A stretch of 64,000 nt of DNA from Basidiobolus meristosporus CBS 931.73. Lineage: Eukaryota; Fungi; Basidiobolomycota. The translations under genes were made by a program, and so were the position numbers. Position 1 is the first letter of the stretch, and each line of letters starts with the position of its first letter. The notes below the pieces were generated by a model. It saw only the letters and a list, made by a program, of their open reading frames with translations, did not search any database and had not been told where the DNA came from. Below, piece by piece: positions 51,358 to 62,841 of this stretch. The stretch covers positions 1 through 64,000 of the forward strand of contig MCFE01000301.1 in assembly GCA_002104905.1 (NCBI GenBank), in the 5' to 3' direction.

Positions 51358-52585
51358 TTAAAGGGTTGAGCTTTGCTCTTTGTGGAGGGTGATAAGCTGG
51401 GCAAGCCGTGTGACTGCTTTTGCACTGGGGATGTTCCATTCATTACAAAATTGCTTCGCAACTTCAAGGGGAATGTCGTGCTCATGCAATGGAATGCTTT
51501 TCACTGCACCATCGTGAATCTCTATTTCTAATATCATGAGGATTTCCCCTTGGCATTGTGATTTGGCTGTGCCGTCAACTTCTATAGATTCAGAATTGCT
51601 GGCTTCAATTTGCTCAGGTTGTGAAGAAGGCCACGCTGCATCTGGCTCAATGAAGTTCATCTGCTCAGTGGACGACTCATTCACGTCTTCATGTTCCGCT
51701 GGCATGCTCCAAAATTCAATTCCCTTCACGTCCTCATCGTGGTTAAATAGCGTACATTCTCGCTCCGGCTCATCTAGCGTCAATTCTGAAAGTTCATCGA
51801 TGATTGCTTCGGGGTCCCTACAGCTCTTTTGCTTTACTAAGACTTTATGGGAACTAGTCGTGATTTCAGTGGGCTCTGTGGCTTTGTCGAATTTGGAAGC
51901 TTGTTGATTCTTGGTTTCCCAAAGGCGTTTAGCATATTCCTGAGGACGAGGCTTGAAGTTTTTACCCTGTCTATGCCACTGACCAGACCCCATCTGGGAA
52001 TCGTTCACTGTGTCTTCTGTCCCGAGTTGGTGCCAGTTAGAGATTCCGGTTGTGGGAGACCCATCCACGGGTAATCGATTTTTCAGAGGTTTATTCTTGC
52101 TCTTGGATTGCGTTTTCTCTTCAATTTGTGGTTTATAGTTTCTTCCAACACGATGGAGCCCACCAGGCTCTACTCCATTTGGGGAATATCTCGATTGTCC
52201 AGAACCCAGATTATGCCAAGCTGAAATTTGGGTAGAGGTGGTTGTATTTTGGGCAATATGGTTGTCATTCACTGCTATCAAATGTGTTATTCAAAAAATC
52301 TGTACAAGAGTTCGTGGGATTTCGCTTACGTTGCTGGTACCCCTGTTGGTAATAATTTGAGATGTATCTTGACGAGTTGCTGCCTGGTAGAGTGTGCGTA
52401 AGAAATTTCTGCTGCTTAATGTTGTTCTTGCGCTGCTTCGGGGCAACCTCCTCAACTGGTTTGTAATTTTTTCCGATTCTATGTAGGCCACCTAACTCAA
52501 CCGGTCGTCCTGAATTGTTTTCGTTTGAGTAGTGTAAATGCCAGGCTGATATCTTTTGGGTATTGGTTAGGTTTCCTTTCTGCAT
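51358..52585 (-). CDS. hypothetical protein with three novel Trp/His repeats and a C-terminal small alpha/beta domain
   Basis: A phase-1 intron 52275-52329 (GTAAGC..ATAG) joins the two ORFs. It has ISxWH..HRxGxN[YF]KP repeats and a C-terminal ILEIEIHDGAVKSIPLHEHDIPLEVAKQFCNEWNI. Confidence 0.8.
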
Positions 52586-52826
52586 TGTGTGTTGAGTGAT
52601 AAAATAAGTATGTTAGAGAAACTCAACACGTACCCAGGGCCCAATGGTACTCTAATGTGGATAATTGATTTTTGATGTTTCCCTTCGTTACACCACTTCT
52701 TGATGCTGAACAATCAATAGAAACCCTACTCTCTATTGTTTATTTACCCGTTGTATACGCTAATTTTACATAAATTAAGCAAGTTATCTACGCCAGTCTC
52801 AGGTATGCAAATCGAATACAAGCAGC

Positions 52827-53496
52827 CTAAACAGCATCAGTCAACCCTTTTGCCTTTCGCTTAGTAACGGTATGTTCTGCTCCAACTGATTTTAAATTGG
52901 TAATCTGTTTGATGTCGGGGTTAAGAAAGCGACATATTTGGATAGAAGATCAAAATTCTTATTACCAGAGTGTAGTTACTCATCTCTCCCTCATAGCGGG
53001 CTTTATCCTGAGCTGCCATTTCAACATATGGCTGACCAACAACATGAGATAATGCATTCAAAAGGAGCCAAACAAGAACTACCTTTTTTTCATTTTCGCC
53101 CATATTCTTCCATCTGGCTGCCAAAATCTTTACCAAATCAGAGGGAGTTGCATTAGGATTGTTTTCTTTCTCAGAAGCCCTAATTTTGCATCTTAGTTCA
53201 TGTATAGGCCTGAAATCCCGGCGACTAAAAAATTACCTTTGTTCCGACGCGAATATTATATAGGAAGTTCTTGGTCGCTTTGGACGATCTTTTTGATTGT
53301 CTTCACCTTTGGTGTTCTTGGACTTTTTCCCTTTCTTGACACCTTTCTCGGTAGAGGCATTTTGCGCCTGTTGTCTCTTTGGCTTTGAGACTACGTTACA
53401 TATCACTTTCTGCATTTTGAATGATTTTTGTGTGCCTGTATTGATACCTCTGTTGGTTAATTCTTTGGGGATTTTCTCAACACTTGAACATTCCAT
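52827..53496 (-). CDS. HMG-box protein, HMGB/Nhp6-type; start codon uncertain
   Basis: PKRPRTSYIIFASEQ/RASEKENNPNATPSDLVKILAARWKNMGENEKK/PYVEMAAQDKARYEGEMSNY, preceded by a basic N-terminal region. Confidence 0.9.
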
Positions 53497-53794
53497 ACTT
53501 CCTTTTCCACTCGGCGAGGAATTGGGTCAACTTGAGAGCAGGTATACATCTGTTGGCATTTTTATGTCCATCCTAGCCTATCATAGTGCCAAACATTGCG
53601 CCACTCAAGTAAATCACAGTCTTGGATATATGCTTTCGGGCTAGCTATGTGTCATTGAGATTGTAAGTAGTGTAGCATTCAATCAGATGATATTAATCAT
53701 ATGAGTAGAATTGACCTAATGCTCCCATAAATCGAGTCAAGTTTATTGATTGATTTCCAATCAGCCTGCATTGCTTGAATGCAAAGCATTCAAA

Positions 53795-54523
53795 CTAGTG
53801 CTTTTGATTATAATTTTGCGTCGCGGGGGCTACACCAAATTCCTCTGGGACCTCTATCTTATGCTCAATACATATCACTTTGATAAGTGCGTGATGATGC
53901 ACTAGGAAGAACTTTAGACAGAGGTTACGAAAAACATTGAGCATATCAACATACCGGCATGATGTATACAGAACCATAGCTCCCGGCCGTAGTTCGATGG
54001 AAACTCAGACCTACTATCATCCGTGCTGTTAACAATGGCTAACAAATGGACTGGTGTTTCCAACGATATGTCGCTGTTTAGGAGCTTCGATTGAAGTTTT
54101 TCAATTTCTTTGATGGCCACCTCCACGTCAGTCTCCATAGGCACCTAGAAGGAGATACACAGTGTGAAGATATGGACTTTTGAGACTCAAGAGAACTGGT
54201 GTGAAGGGGTATTCATGCTTATCAACATAAATTCATACATTGCGATCGCGAGCGTCATAATCAACTGTCCAGGCTGCGTGACCATTAGAGACACAGGAAG
54301 TACCTTCAGGTTTGTTTGCCAGTAATAGCCTAAAGTGATCAGCCAAGTGCCGTACGTGCTTTGCAACGTTACTTTTTGGAACGAAAGTGGACTCTTTTGT
54401 GAAACTGTCTTTAGGGAGTGAGTTCAGCAGAGCTTTGCTTTGTTCCAATATCTCAACTGCTATGGCGCGAAGCTCGTTTTGCCTCTCCATCTTCTCCGCC
54501 GCAAGGATTGTATTTTTTACCAT
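53795..54523 (-). CDS. DinB-superfamily protein
   Basis: KHVRHLADHF..VDYDARDRN/VPMETD..YGRELWFCIHHA/VHHHALIKVI..FGVAPAT, a His-rich DinB four-helix signature. Confidence 0.85.
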
Positions 54524-55232
54524 TTCAAAGTCACCACTTTATCAAGTTTGAGTCTAGTTGTTGGTGTGTATGTATAAAGGATTGGTATATATGTGACGTG
54601 CAACCCGCTACAAACATCTTAAAGTAAGGCTTTACACTGTGGTGACACGCACGTGACGCACTTTAACTAATATCAGTGACAAATCAAATTCCCATACTTG
54701 AATGACCTCAACTTACGCAAGTCACATTCCTAAATTTGGTTGGATCAGCCAAACACTATGATCTTGGGAGTGAAATTTCTTGCTACTAGAAAAGCAATGA
54801 GCTCATTGAGAATCACTTCACATGAGACCAGTTTTTCCAATACCCCAAGATATTTGCCATTTGGTGAAATAATAACGACATTGGCACCTCTTTGTTATTT
54901 CGAGGGCACCGGTATTGGGATTTAAGCAGATATAACCCTATATACTTAATGATCAATATCAAGAGAATATTTAAACAATCTTAAAGAAAAGTAGATTAAA
55001 GCATATGGGAAGTTATGAACCAAATTAATCGAACAATTTTGGGGATACATAAGGGAGTCCTACAATGAAAATCAGAATAGAATTCATCAGCTTACGTAGG
55101 CGTCATCATCAAGGAGAGCACCACGCAACACCTAATTTTTCTTGTTTTCCCTAGTCATTAAAATTCCGTATATTGACGAAGTAGAAGTAGCATTATTCAA
55201 GCAAAGCGTATCCTAAAGCATACATATACAAG

Positions 55233-56606
55233 ATGGTCCTCGAAGCTACTATGCTCATGTAAAGTTCCCCTTCCCTAAATTATGTACTGATCGAGATCTA
55301 GACCGTATTGACCCGTATCTTATGGATGTAGTTTAGATAACTCCGAATGGATGAGAAACGGAGATTACACGCCTACCAGACTAGAAGCTCAAGGCGACGC
55401 TGTCAACCTGATTTTCAACTCCAAGTTTCAGTCCAATCCAGAGAATACCGTTGGTTTAATGACCATGGCTAACAAAGGGTTGGTACTTTGAAAAACGACA
55501 TCCAGACCTCATTTGATTTATCTTCTCATTTTTCCCTTCACAGACCTGAAGTGTTGGTCACTTTGACTCGTGATGTTGGCAAAATCCTAAACGCCCTTCA
55601 TAATATCAAATCGGAAGGAAACTCCAGTCTTACTACCGGAATCCAGATTGCACAGGTTAGCGAGGATTGTGATATGGACAACAAAACCCGCTTTCTTACC
55701 TCTGTGTACAGCTTGCCTTGAAACATAGACAGAACAAGAACCAGCAACAGCGTATCATCGTTTTCGTCGGCAGTCCAGTGACCACCGATGAAAAGTCTTT
55801 GGTGAAATTGGCCAAGAAAATGAAGAAAAATAATATTGCTATTGATGTGATCAACTTTGGTGAAGAGGGTGAGAACACCAGCAAGCTCGAAGCATTCATA
55901 ACCGCCGTAAACAGCAATGACAACAGGTATGCATTCAGCACTTACAATTGCTACTCGTGCAACTTGCTAACCCGGTCTGTTGTCAAATAGTCATCTGGTC
56001 ACTATTCCTCCAGGCCCTCACATTCTTAGCGATATCCTCATTTCCTCACCCATCTTCGCCGGTGAAGGTAGCTCCGTGCCAGGTTATAGTGGCTCTGGTG
56101 GCTCCTATGAGCTGGGTGTTGATCCCAACCTTGATCCAGAGCTCGCTCTTGCTCTTCGTATCTCTCTCGAAGAGGAAAAGGCACGACAGGAGCAAGAAGC
56201 AGCCAAGGCCAACCAAAACAAAGAAGGTAGTTCTGCAACTCCTCAAGCAGCGGCACCATCAGGGGAGGCTGGAAATACTGAAGAAGATATGCTAGCTCAA
56301 GCCTTAGCCATGTCAATGGACAATTCTGAGGGCAAAGATGTTCAAATGGAGGATGTACCAAGTGAAGCATTGACTGAGGAAGAGCAAATTGCTCGCGCCA
56401 TTTCACTATCCATGCAATCGGATTCCAACGATAACAAAGCCGAAGGAGCCCCATCCTCAGACCCCGCTTTCATGAATTCAGTTTTAGAGTCTCTCCCAGG
56501 AGTTGATCCCAACGATCCACGCGTCAAGAACGCCTTGCAGGGACTTTCGAGCAACACCGAGTCTGACAAGAATGAGAAGGAGAACGACGATGCCAAGAAA
56601 GAGTAA
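55233..56606 (+). CDS. RPN10: 26S proteasome ubiquitin receptor Rpn10 (vWA + 3 UIM + C-terminal RAZUL-like region)
   Basis: [18 protein letters not shown](T)[24 protein letters not shown], UIMs ([41 protein letters not shown]), and [13 protein letters not shown]. Confidence 0.97.
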
Positions 56607-57176
56607 ATGATTCCTGTAATCTCGGAAATTAATTTGATTATTTATACTTCTTGATATTTACCCTACATAAAATATGACTGAACTCGTTGTATCCTCAGCA
56701 TCGAGTTTAATTGTGACATATAGTAAAGTGTGAAAGGAATCACTAAATTTCTCACCAACATTTAACAATGCTGTCCTGTATCTCGACTAAGATTGGTTTG
56801 AAATCAGTCCTACATGTAGATCGTATTTGTGCTGGCTATCTTTAGGTGAGCATATGGCAGTCGTGGTAGGTGCCACATGAAGATTACTGAGGACACTGGA
56901 CGCCATTATGTATTACCGCCCGAAATTCTCCCCAGGTGCACAGCTGATGCTAGCATCGGTAACAGCGCACTAGAAGGGGCGTTTGACCTCACATTAGCAC
57001 AGGCCTGTGGTATTTTGCCACCAACTATTATCATATGTTGAATGTCTAAAGGGTTTGTTTATTCTAAGAGATTAATACAATTATAAGGCTATGTTACAAG
57101 TACTTCGAAAAGCGCGACCCGTTTTTCAAAAACAGCTCCAGATTATAGTAATATTACGAAAGAGTAGAGTGCTCCT

Positions 57177-58406
57177 CTAGGCGGAGCCAAGTGCGGCAAC
57201 CTGCATTGGCTCTTCGGGCTCGAACAGGATCTCGGTATCTTCATATTCTGGTACGTTCTCCAGACATGATTGCTGACGGAAGATATGCAAGTAAGCATCG
57301 GTTCCGTAGCCATCCATGGAGACCACATTAAGGTCCCCGCCAAAGTATCTGGAGATAAGTCTGGCTACCGACAAACCTGGCCCAAATCCAGCCAACGGGA
57401 TGTCCATACCATAGTTGGTGTTCTTGCCTGCCAAAAAGGAGCCATTCTCAGATGGCTCCGAATAGGTGTATCCCCACAAATTGTCAATCTTGGACATGGG
57501 GATGCCTCCACCGACATCGGATACTTTGATAGTGACATCCTCACCACCAGCGACGATGACTATCTTGACCGGGGGCAAGCGGGTGGAATTTCTGTGGGTT
57601 TCGGCAGTTGCCTTGAAGGAGTTCTTCAAGATCTCGAACAAACTGCGGTGAAGGTATTCCTCGATGTAAAGAGGAGATACGCTGGTGTTCTTTGAGATGA
57701 TCTCGACCTCGGGCGCTTTGAGGCCATAGTGGGTGGCGCAAACTCTACGTGCGTCGAAAGCGGCCTTCTTAGCAACATCGAGGGGAGAAACCTTTTCAAC
57801 AGTGCTGCGTTCATGCTCATGGAGAGACAGATGCTCGCTCAAGATGGTTCTGGTTCCCAGAGCCATGGTGTAGTATTTGTCAAAGAACAGCTTCAAGCGT
57901 TTATCATTGAGATCGATGCTCTTCTTGGAGATGTCTAACAACTCCTGAAGCCCGTGGCCGATGGACTGGTTGTTGATCTCTTGTCGATGCTGCAACTCCT
58001 GGAGTTGCTCGGTGAATGAGACCTCCTGTACCTGGCACATGGGCCTTGGTGTTCTGGAGAGCCTAGCGATATCATCCAGCAGGTTCTCGGAAATTCTTCT
58101 AAATGTGGGGAGATTGGACATGCCAAAGGGAACGTCACTAGCATTGACGATCTTTAGTGTTTGGGTGAGTCTGACTGGCAATTCTTGATGAAGGAATTGT
58201 GCGGTCAACAGGGGTTGTGGGTTTTTGCGACATGGTTGCCAAAGGAGAACAGATGTTGCAGCTACAGCAAAGGAGATGGTAAATATCAATGGAATCCGGG
58301 TAGAGAATTGGGCTCAAAAGCTTACCGAGACCCGGGTGATCTTTGCATTGGCCAGTCTAACAATATGACCTCTGGGGAGAGCCTGAAGTGCAGATGTAGG
58401 AATCAT
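57177..58406 (-). CDS. mitochondrial pyruvate/branched-chain alpha-ketoacid dehydrogenase kinase family protein, with apparent frameshift near 58211-58226
   Basis: Exon 1 ..IVRLANAKITRVS / LQHLFSFG (frame A), then FLHQELPVRL (frame C), FEILKNSFKAT, IKVSDVGGGIP, and PLAGFGPGL..RYFGGDL..SMDGYGTDAY. Confidence 0.88.
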
Positions 58407-59264
58407 AGAATTATTAACTACCAGATAGCAGGTGGGAGTATCAAGTTGTGTGAAAATGATTGCTATGACCGTGCCGTCACTGACTGGAATTTATAACAAA
58501 TCGAGTATGGCAACCGAATTACCGGGTGAATGTTCAACTTGTTGGGGAATCGCAATTGCTCACGTTTCATTGATTCTATAGGAAAACTCGAACGTGGTTC
58601 GGGACAAATCAAGTGAGTCAAGATTAGAAACGTATGATCGCGACCATCCTGATCGATGGATGGATAGTAGGCTGGATGACGTTGGGGTAGAGTGCCGTGT
58701 GGGTCCTCATACGACCGTATTGGGTTGAGAGGTGTGATCTTATCGTTCTAATGATCTACGCTCATTTGGGTAAATTTTCATCACTCAGCTGTTCCCCAGA
58801 ATCTAGTCTACTTTACACAACAAACTAATCCAATTAACGAGAGTGAGCAGCATGGATTTTGGAATTAGTTGCCTTTTCTAGGCCTGCCAATACCTGGAGA
58901 ATATCGATATCACCACATCTGATTAATGCAAAAATAGAGTTGAAAGGATTGTCATGGAGTATTCTTCAATAGACTCATCTGGATTGTCTTATCAATGACG
59001 CGAGGAATGCTCTAGATTCGACTAGTTCTGGCCTTACACGATCTGGCTCGTCAGCAAAAGATGTCTATTCTTAGGCGTAATTAATCGACCACGGGTATCT
59101 ATTTGATTGTTTCCGTGGATTGTTTACACAAGTTGTTTACAAATCGCCATTATGGATTTTGTGATTAGACCAGTAACTATGTAACACTCCGACTTGAGTT
59201 TGAGTGACCAGCTTGGCTCTCACCGCTAGATCTTCGAAAGTGACCACAGTCTCCCAGCAGTAGA

Positions 59265-62200
59265 ATGAGTGGTTCCATCAAGGTAAGCATGGATTTAACG
59301 AGTAGTAAGTTTTATGAGACTGTTGCGAATCCTCTGACAAAACAATAGTTTGAACTTAATTGGAGTGCCTTAGAGCTGGGGGTTCCAACGAAACCCTACC
59401 GTGGCCCACTCACTTTCAGTTGTATAAGTACGTATGGCCTTCACGAGATCGGGATTGTTGCTCGGGGTCTACCCGCTTCCATGGAGCTCGCCGATATAAA
59501 GAAATACTTCTCTGCCTGGGGTGACGTTGGAACATGCAGCGTGCTGAAAAGCAATGGTGCGAGTAAAACCGGGTTTATCAATTTCCGACCACCACCGCTT
59601 ACTCTAGAATTTATGGACCACGACCAGCAACCCGTTCACCAGGGTGTGAGAGGTAGAACCCTCGAGATAGACTTCACTTCTCAAACCGCCAAAGACCTGC
59701 AGCTGCGAGAAAAAGGGGAGCTGAAGAAGAGAGTCATTTACACCTCGGCAAATTGCTTCGACATGGGGGCGTTTTTGCGTAGCGGTAGGTTTCTACGGCA
59801 ATGGAGGGCTACTAACCAATGTCTAGTTGAGATCAACCTGAACAGGCGGATCATATTTCTGAGGTTTCATCACGAAAATGATGATTACCAAATCGGGATT
59901 AGGTTTGGTGATGTCCACCGGCAGATTGTGTTAGATAGCAGCGAAGAAGACGTGTATGTAATGTACATTCAGACCACACATCCCCCTTTTATGTGGCGCC
60001 GACAAGAAGAGCCGGCAAGAAGTACCCCGCGTTCAGACAATTGGTGCGAGGAGAATTCTTGGGTCCGTGTCCCGTATATTGTTGATCAACGTGATGATAA
60101 CGATGCAAGAATCAGCATTGGGGATTTTGGTGCGTATCGTGTCTGTGTTCCTTCCATCAACTCTTATGGCGAGCTGTTCAAGGATTGCATCAACGATCTA
60201 ATGCGCTTTAATCTTACTTCAAACAAGACCAATGCCTCGATTCCCTCGGTGGTGGATACGTCGACGCTGCCCGTTATAGATATCCATTCGTCGTTCCCGT
60301 TCGAGTTGGCCTACTTGACCGAATGTTTGATCAGAGCGCAAAAGCTTAGCTTATACAACATATCTGAGGAGTGGGTGGCATTCATAAATGGTCTGGATAT
60401 AGCGGTTGCTAAGAATGTCCTGATGCGTATGACGGAGGCTCGGGATGTAATTGAGGATCCTATGGTGTATTCTCAAAGAGTGTTGCCAGAGCTTTCAAGT
60501 ATCATGGTCAACCTGAAGGATATCTCTGCGCACAACATATGGGTCCGTAGAGCTGTTGTCACTCCAAGCAAGATCCATCTTCTGCCACCCACTCTGGAAC
60601 TATCGAACCGTGTATTGAGGCACTTTCACCAATATCAAGAATCCTTCATCCGGGTGACCTTTTCTGACGAGCATTTCGAGAAGCTAGGGAGTAGCCGGGA
60701 GTTGTATCAAACCCTATTGGATCGTTTCGAGGAGGTTTTGACTGAAGGTTTTGATGTCGCCAATCGTCATTACCGGTTCCTAGCCTTCTCCTCCTCACAA
60801 CTCCGCGAGCACAGCTGTTGGTTTTTTGCTGATACGCCGGATGGCATGGACGTCAACGTTATTCGTGGGTGGATGGGGGATTTCAGCGAAATCAAGAACG
60901 TGGCTAAACAGGCTGCGCGCATGGGGCAGTGTTTCTCTAGCACCCGCGCGGTGAAGATTCTAACCAAAAAGCAGATCAAGGAGATACCGGATATAACTCG
61001 CAACCGCTACATCTTCTCCGATGGCATAGGCAAGATCGCCATGTCGTTGGCTACTGAGATTGCTAGCATATACAATCGTGACATCATCCCCGGCGCGTTT
61101 CAGATTCGCCTTGGTGGCTATAAGGGGGTTCTCGCAGTTGCACCCGACGACGAAATGGACGGCTACTTAGTCCACCTGCGTCCAAGCCAATTGAAATTCA
61201 AATCTGACCATACTGCACTGGAAATCATCAGGACTGCTGAATATATACCAGCTTATCTCAACCGACAAATCATTGTGCTGTTGACCACCCTGGGGGTCCC
61301 TGACCAGGTGTTCGTGGACATGCATGAGAAGTTCCTGCAAGAAGTGGATGGGATCCTCAGCAACGAGGGATTGTCCTTGAAATTGCTGGCTCTTCACTAC
61401 AGTTCAAGCTGGGTGAGTGACGTTTTAAGGAAGATGGTGCTTTCCGGATTTCTGAGGCTAGGAGACACCTTTACCAAGAATTTATTGAGCTTACTTAAGG
61501 TCCAGGTTCTGAAAGACATCAAGGAGCGCGCTAGGATACCGATCGAGCAGGGTGCTCATCTGACAGGTGTTCTAGATGAGACAAACACCTTACGAGAAAA
61601 TCAAGTGGCTGTTCGTTTCACCGACCCTCACGATCCCAGTACTATTAGAAGCTATGTGGGGCCAGTGTTGGTGCTCCGAAGTCCATGTTTGCATCCAGGA
61701 GATGTACATATGGCCGAAGCCGTAGATTGCCCCCAGTTGCATTCTCTTGTCAATTGTATTGCTTTTTCTACGCAAGGCAGAAGGGATCTTCCTAGTCAAT
61801 GCAGTGGAGGTGATCTTGACGGTGACACGTACATGGCTATATGGGACGAACGTCTGTTTCCACTACAAGAGAAGCACCCGTCGAGTAACGCTAGTCAGGA
61901 GGAGATATCCGATCAAGAGATAACAATCAGAGATACCGTGGATTTCTTCCTCAATTACATTATCACCGACAACCTGGGTGAGATTGCCAATTCCCACCTA
62001 GCCTGGGCCGACCAGACACCGGAATCTGCATTATCGGTTCAGTGCGTTCTACTGTCACAACTGCATGACCAAGCAGTGGATTTCATCAAAACCGGAGTTC
62101 CTGCGGAGATGGTCTCCTCACTACGCCCGAGTGTCTGGCCGGATTTCATGAACAAGCTGCCTAGAAAATCATACGAGTCCACGAAAGCTCTGGGCGTAAT

Positions 62201-62765
62201 GTACAGAAGTGGTGCCAAGAGGCTAAGCCGCAATTTCAAGCACACCGGCGACCTAGCGGTTTGTTTCGACGAGAAGCTGGTTGTGCCTGGGTACGAAGCG
62301 TACATAGTGGAGGCCAGACGGTTGAAGCATGAATACGATATAATCCTCAGAGATCTGATGAACCAGTATGAAATCAAGACCGAGGGTGAGGTGATCTCGG
62401 GGTATATCCAGACCTTCCCATCGATGGCGAGCCGTAAAAAAGATAAGTTCGTCCTTAGAGAAACCCTCGGGAACGTGGTCAACGCTATATGGAAAGCCTT
62501 TCGGGAGAAATTCGACGACTTTTCAGCCGCTGCTGCCGATGACCAATGGCGCAGGAGAAAAGCCAGTGCCTGGTACTATGTGACATGTCATCCAGACGAA
62601 ATCGAGCTACAGAAGAATAGGGAATATTGGGGAGTTGATGATACAGACACCCCGGTGGCCTGTGCGACAATCATGCACAGGCAGGACGAAAAGCCGACAT
62701 TCCTCTCGTTTCCCTGGATTGTTCACGATATATTGCGGCTGATCTTGGAGTCAGAGAATCTTTAA
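59265..62765 (+). CDS. eukaryotic RNAi RNA-dependent RNA polymerase (DLDGD clade) with N-terminal RRM-like region
   Basis: ATG at 59265, intron 59283-59348, then a ~1140-aa frame with SNRVLR, FLAFSSSQLREHSCWF, KQAARMGQCFSST, FSDGIGKI, AFQIRLGGYKGVL, LRSPCLHPGDV and CSGGDLDGDTY. Confidence 0.97.
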
Positions 62766-62841
62766 TCATCCATTAAACAAGGTGTATGATATATGTACAG
62801 AGATATAAATCGTGAATACAAGGAGTCTATCAATGCGTGTG

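Noticed and set aside
42036-53496. Mating-type locus (homeodomain gene plus HMG-box gene within ~10 kb)
   Set aside because: The HMG box is HMGB/Nhp6-type rather than SexP/SexM or MATA_HMG-type. There is no divergent HD1/HD2 pair, and none of the usual flanking genes (tptA, rnhA, SLA2, APN2, MIP) is seen.
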